A stretch of 64,000 nucleotides of DNA from an uncultured delta proteobacterium (GTDB lineage Bacteria > Desulfobacterota > Desulfuromonadia > Geobacterales > DSM-12255), in NCBI GenBank assembly GCA_963787125.1, contig CAWBBV010000004.1, positions 64,001 through 128,000 on the forward strand, written 5' to 3'. This document shows, in pieces, positions 61,785 to 64,000 of this stretch. Position 1 is the stretch's first letter. Each line of letters starts with the position of its first letter. The notes below the pieces were generated by a model. It was not told the origin of the DNA, made no database searches, and saw only the letters and a list, made by a program, of their open reading frames with translations. Position numbers and translations under genes: made by a program.

Positions 61785-61811
61785 TAGTTAATTAGTGAGC
61801 AACGTCCCCCC

Positions 61812-62110
61812 AAGCTTCGCACTTCAACTTTAGATTGCGGCGTTGAAAAGATCTGTTCCGGAACGCTGTGCTCCAATGCCGACGAAGTCATACCACTTGA
61901 GAGCATATACTGTTTGACAGTCTCACTGTTGCCATCTTTCGCCTTCACCACTTGCATCAGATAATCTGCGTCCATGTTCAGTCCGCCGGAACGGATATAA
62001 CGGGGTATTCCCCAAAGCATCATCACCTTGAGCTTGGTTGCAAAGATAGTTTCTGACGGAACAGTGATAGCGTTGACGTTCAAGGTATTTGCAGCAACGG
62101 CTGAGAGCAC
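61812..62110 (-). pseudogene. Internal fragment of a larger protein
   Basis: Open protein-like frame (GGLNMDADYL...GMTSSALEHSVPEQIF) lacking a start context and running into the RAYT end. It recalls large transglutaminase-domain/toxin-carrier proteins (from memory, unverified). Confidence 0.4.
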
Positions 62111-62147
62111 ACCGGCGGCGGGTTTTTGCCGACCGGTGCTGCGCTTA

Positions 62148-64000
62148 GTGTACGCCCGTCATGGGCGTGAACTTATGGGGTGCAAGTCCCCTGTACGGTG
62201 AATCCAACACTGTCGCGAGACAGCGTAAACCAAGTACTAGCCGAAGGCAAGGGCGTCTCCGCGAGGAGGGGGCTGGAGGAAGCCGGAGCGCAAAGCTATG
62301 AGCCGACGAACAGAAACAGCATACAAGGCCATCATCCGGGCAAGTCAGCACAACATGACGAAGTCCCTCGGGTTCAGGAGAAATGGTAAATGCTGCGGTT
62401 GTGTAGCCACAGTTCACGTTCTTATCCGGGGAGATCTGCTCCGCATGCCATTGATTCCTGATGGCGCGGCATCTGGTAACAGCTGCCGTGATGGAGCAGA
62501 AGTCAGCAGAAGCCATAGTAGGCGAAGGACGTTGCCGCAAGCGATCCGGCAACTGGAAACAAGCCCGGGAGAGTCCGGGAAGCCTTACCCCGCCGAAGGG
62601 CCGAACGATAGAAAAGGGGAGGAGCCCCAATGAGCTTTCATGACATATCGAACCCGTCCGGGGGAATGCCCATGGAGCGCGTCATTGACCAGCCAACCCC
62701 GGAGCAGCACCTACTGGAGCGGATATTATCCAGTGTGAACATGGAGCAAGCGTGGAAACGGGTCAAAGCCAATAAGGGCGCACCCGGCGTCGATGGCATC
62801 ACCATCGAACAATTCCCCGACCATACCCGTTCTCACTGGAACACTATTCGCGAATCGCTAATGACAGGCAGTTACCAACCTTTGCCGGTAAAGCGGGTAG
62901 AGATTCCCAAAGCAACGGGTGGAACCCGTCCGCTGGGGATACCCACTGTACTTGACCGGCTGATCCAACAGTCCATTGCCCAAGTGTTGACACCGATCTT
63001 CGATCCGGACTTCTCCGCATCGAGCTTCGGTTTCCGTCCCCGTCGGTCAGCAAAAGATGCTGTCCGAAAGGTGCGGGAGTACATCCAGCAGGGATACCGG
63101 ATTGCCGTGGATATTGACCTTGCCAAGTTCTTCGACACGGTCAACCATGATCTGCTCATGCACCTTGTGAGCAAGAAAGTTCACGACAAGCGGGTACTAG
63201 CCCTGATCGGCAAGTACTTACGGGCAGGTGTAGAGGTAAAAGGGCGTCTTGAAAAGACCAGACTGGGTGTCCCCCAGGGTGGCCCACTCTCGCCGCTTCT
63301 AGCCAACATCCTGCTCGACACACTGGACAAAGAACTTGAGAAACGCGGTCACAAATTCGTCCGCTATGCAGACGACTTCGTCATCCTCGTCAAAAGCCAG
63401 CGCGCCGGCGACCGGGTAATGGAAGGAATGAAAACCTTCCTGACCAGCAAACTCAAGCTCACAGTCAATGAAACCAAGAGTGCGGTAGCAAGAACATCCC
63501 GCATCGACTTCCTTGGTTTTATCTTCAGTGGCACCCGCATCATCTGGTCTGACAAGGCATACAAGGAATTCAGACGCCGCGTCAAACAGTATACCGGAAG
63601 AAGCTGGCGGGTCTCCATGAAGTACCGGATGTACAAACTGGCTCAATATCTCCGTGGCTGGATGGGGTACTTCGGCATCTCGGAGTATTACCGGGAAATC
63701 CCGGAAATAGACGGCTGGATACGGCGCAGGATACGGCTCTGCTACTGGAAGCAGTGGCGCTGGTGTCGTACCAAGATTCGGGAGCTGCTCAAGTTGGGGA
63801 CGGAGAAATTCACCGCCATCCGAGCGGGCCTGAATAGAAGTGGCCCGTGGGCCATGTCCCGAAGACTTGCAGCCCATACCGGTTTGACCAACAAATGTCT
63901 GAAGGATCAAGGTTTATTATCTGTCAAAGAACTGTGGGTGAAGCTTCACTACCCGGCTACGGCCCGGTAATTCTATCGAACCGCCGGATGCGGACCCGCA
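62148..64000 (+). mobile_element. Group II intron, class C (3' end outside window)
   Basis: 5' end GTGTACGCCCGTCATGGGCGTG...GGGTGCAAGTCCC just after a hairpin; RT ORF; start of domain V GAACCGCCGGATGCGGACCCGCA at the window end. Confidence 0.9.
62630..63970 (+). CDS. ltrA: Group II intron reverse transcriptase/maturase, no endonuclease domain
   Basis: NKGAPGVDG, RPLGIPTVLDRLIQQ, SFGFRP, GVPQGGPLSPLL, RYADD, FLGF, RGWMGYF; 446 aa. Confidence 0.96.
   Translation: MSFHDISNPSGGMPMERVIDQPTPEQHLLERILSSVNMEQAWKRVKANKGAPGVDGITIEQFPDHTRSHWNTIRESLMTGSYQPLPVKRVEIPKATGGTRPLGIPTVLDRLIQQSIAQVLTPIFDPDFSASSFGFRPRRSAKDAVRKVREYIQQGYRIAVDIDLAKFFDTVNHDLLMHLVSKKVHDKRVLALIGKYLRAGVEVKGRLEKTRLGVPQGGPLSPLLANILLDTLDKELEKRGHKFVRYADDFVILVKSQRAGDRVMEGMKTFLTSKLKLTVNETKSAVARTSRIDFLGFIFSGTRIIWSDKAYKEFRRRVKQYTGRSWRVSMKYRMYKLAQYLRGWMGYFGISEYYREIPEIDGWIRRRIRLCYWKQWRWCRTKIRELLKLGTEKFTAIRAGLNRSGPWAMSRRLAAHTGLTNKCLKDQGLLSVKELWVKLHYPATAR

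Larger units (their letters stand above)
60742..61811. mobile_element. RAYT element delimited by 21-bp imperfect inverted repeats
   Basis: ACGTTGCTTGCTAATCAACTA (60742-60762) versus reverse complement of 61785-61805, ACGTTGCTCACTAATTAACTA (18/21 identical); the right copy extends into GTCCCC. Confidence 0.75.

Noticed and set aside
62630..63970. RT as retron, DGR or defence RT
   Set aside because: It has the group II RT0-7 plus X layout, an intron-like 5' end and a domain V start immediately downstream.

Overview
Geobacteraceae-like (deltaproteobacterial) chromosomal window; the taxon is inferred from gene content only. It has three zones. (1) 1-3.6 kb: a dapA-dapB-dapL lysine/DAP cluster with an MNT-HEPN pair wedged inside it. 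(2) About 3.7-24.9 kb: an accessory region of small, unrelated stress, redox and toxin-antitoxin genes plus several truncated gene fragments. Most gene boundaries there carry a copy of a two-part, mostly co-oriented repeat (A: AATTCCGGGGACACCATACTTAATT; B: palindrome AAAGGCGGCCAANCGGCCGCCTTT). I did not see this repeat in the housekeeping zone. (3) About 25-57 kb: mostly core genes (GGDEF-like protein, tldD, arnD-like, ndk, pgi, NAD-GDH, alpha-amylase, lipA, gcvT-H-PA-PB, sbcDC), followed at 59-64 kb by a nest of mobile elements: an IS110, a REP-associated HUH/Y1 transposase (RAYT) and a class C group II intron. Best candidate for an undescribed system: an integrase-less, repeat-delimited gene-cassette array whose GGGGAC-N7-9-TAATT motif also occurs next to the RAYT and at the reconstructed IS110 target site. 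Other highlights: a UxxC selenocysteine DsbA/FrnE gene with a SECIS-like hairpin, a duplicated 75-bp upstream element, and direct repeats flanking sbcDC. Four single-base frameshifts are probably assembly errors. All calls are by eye; no searches were run.
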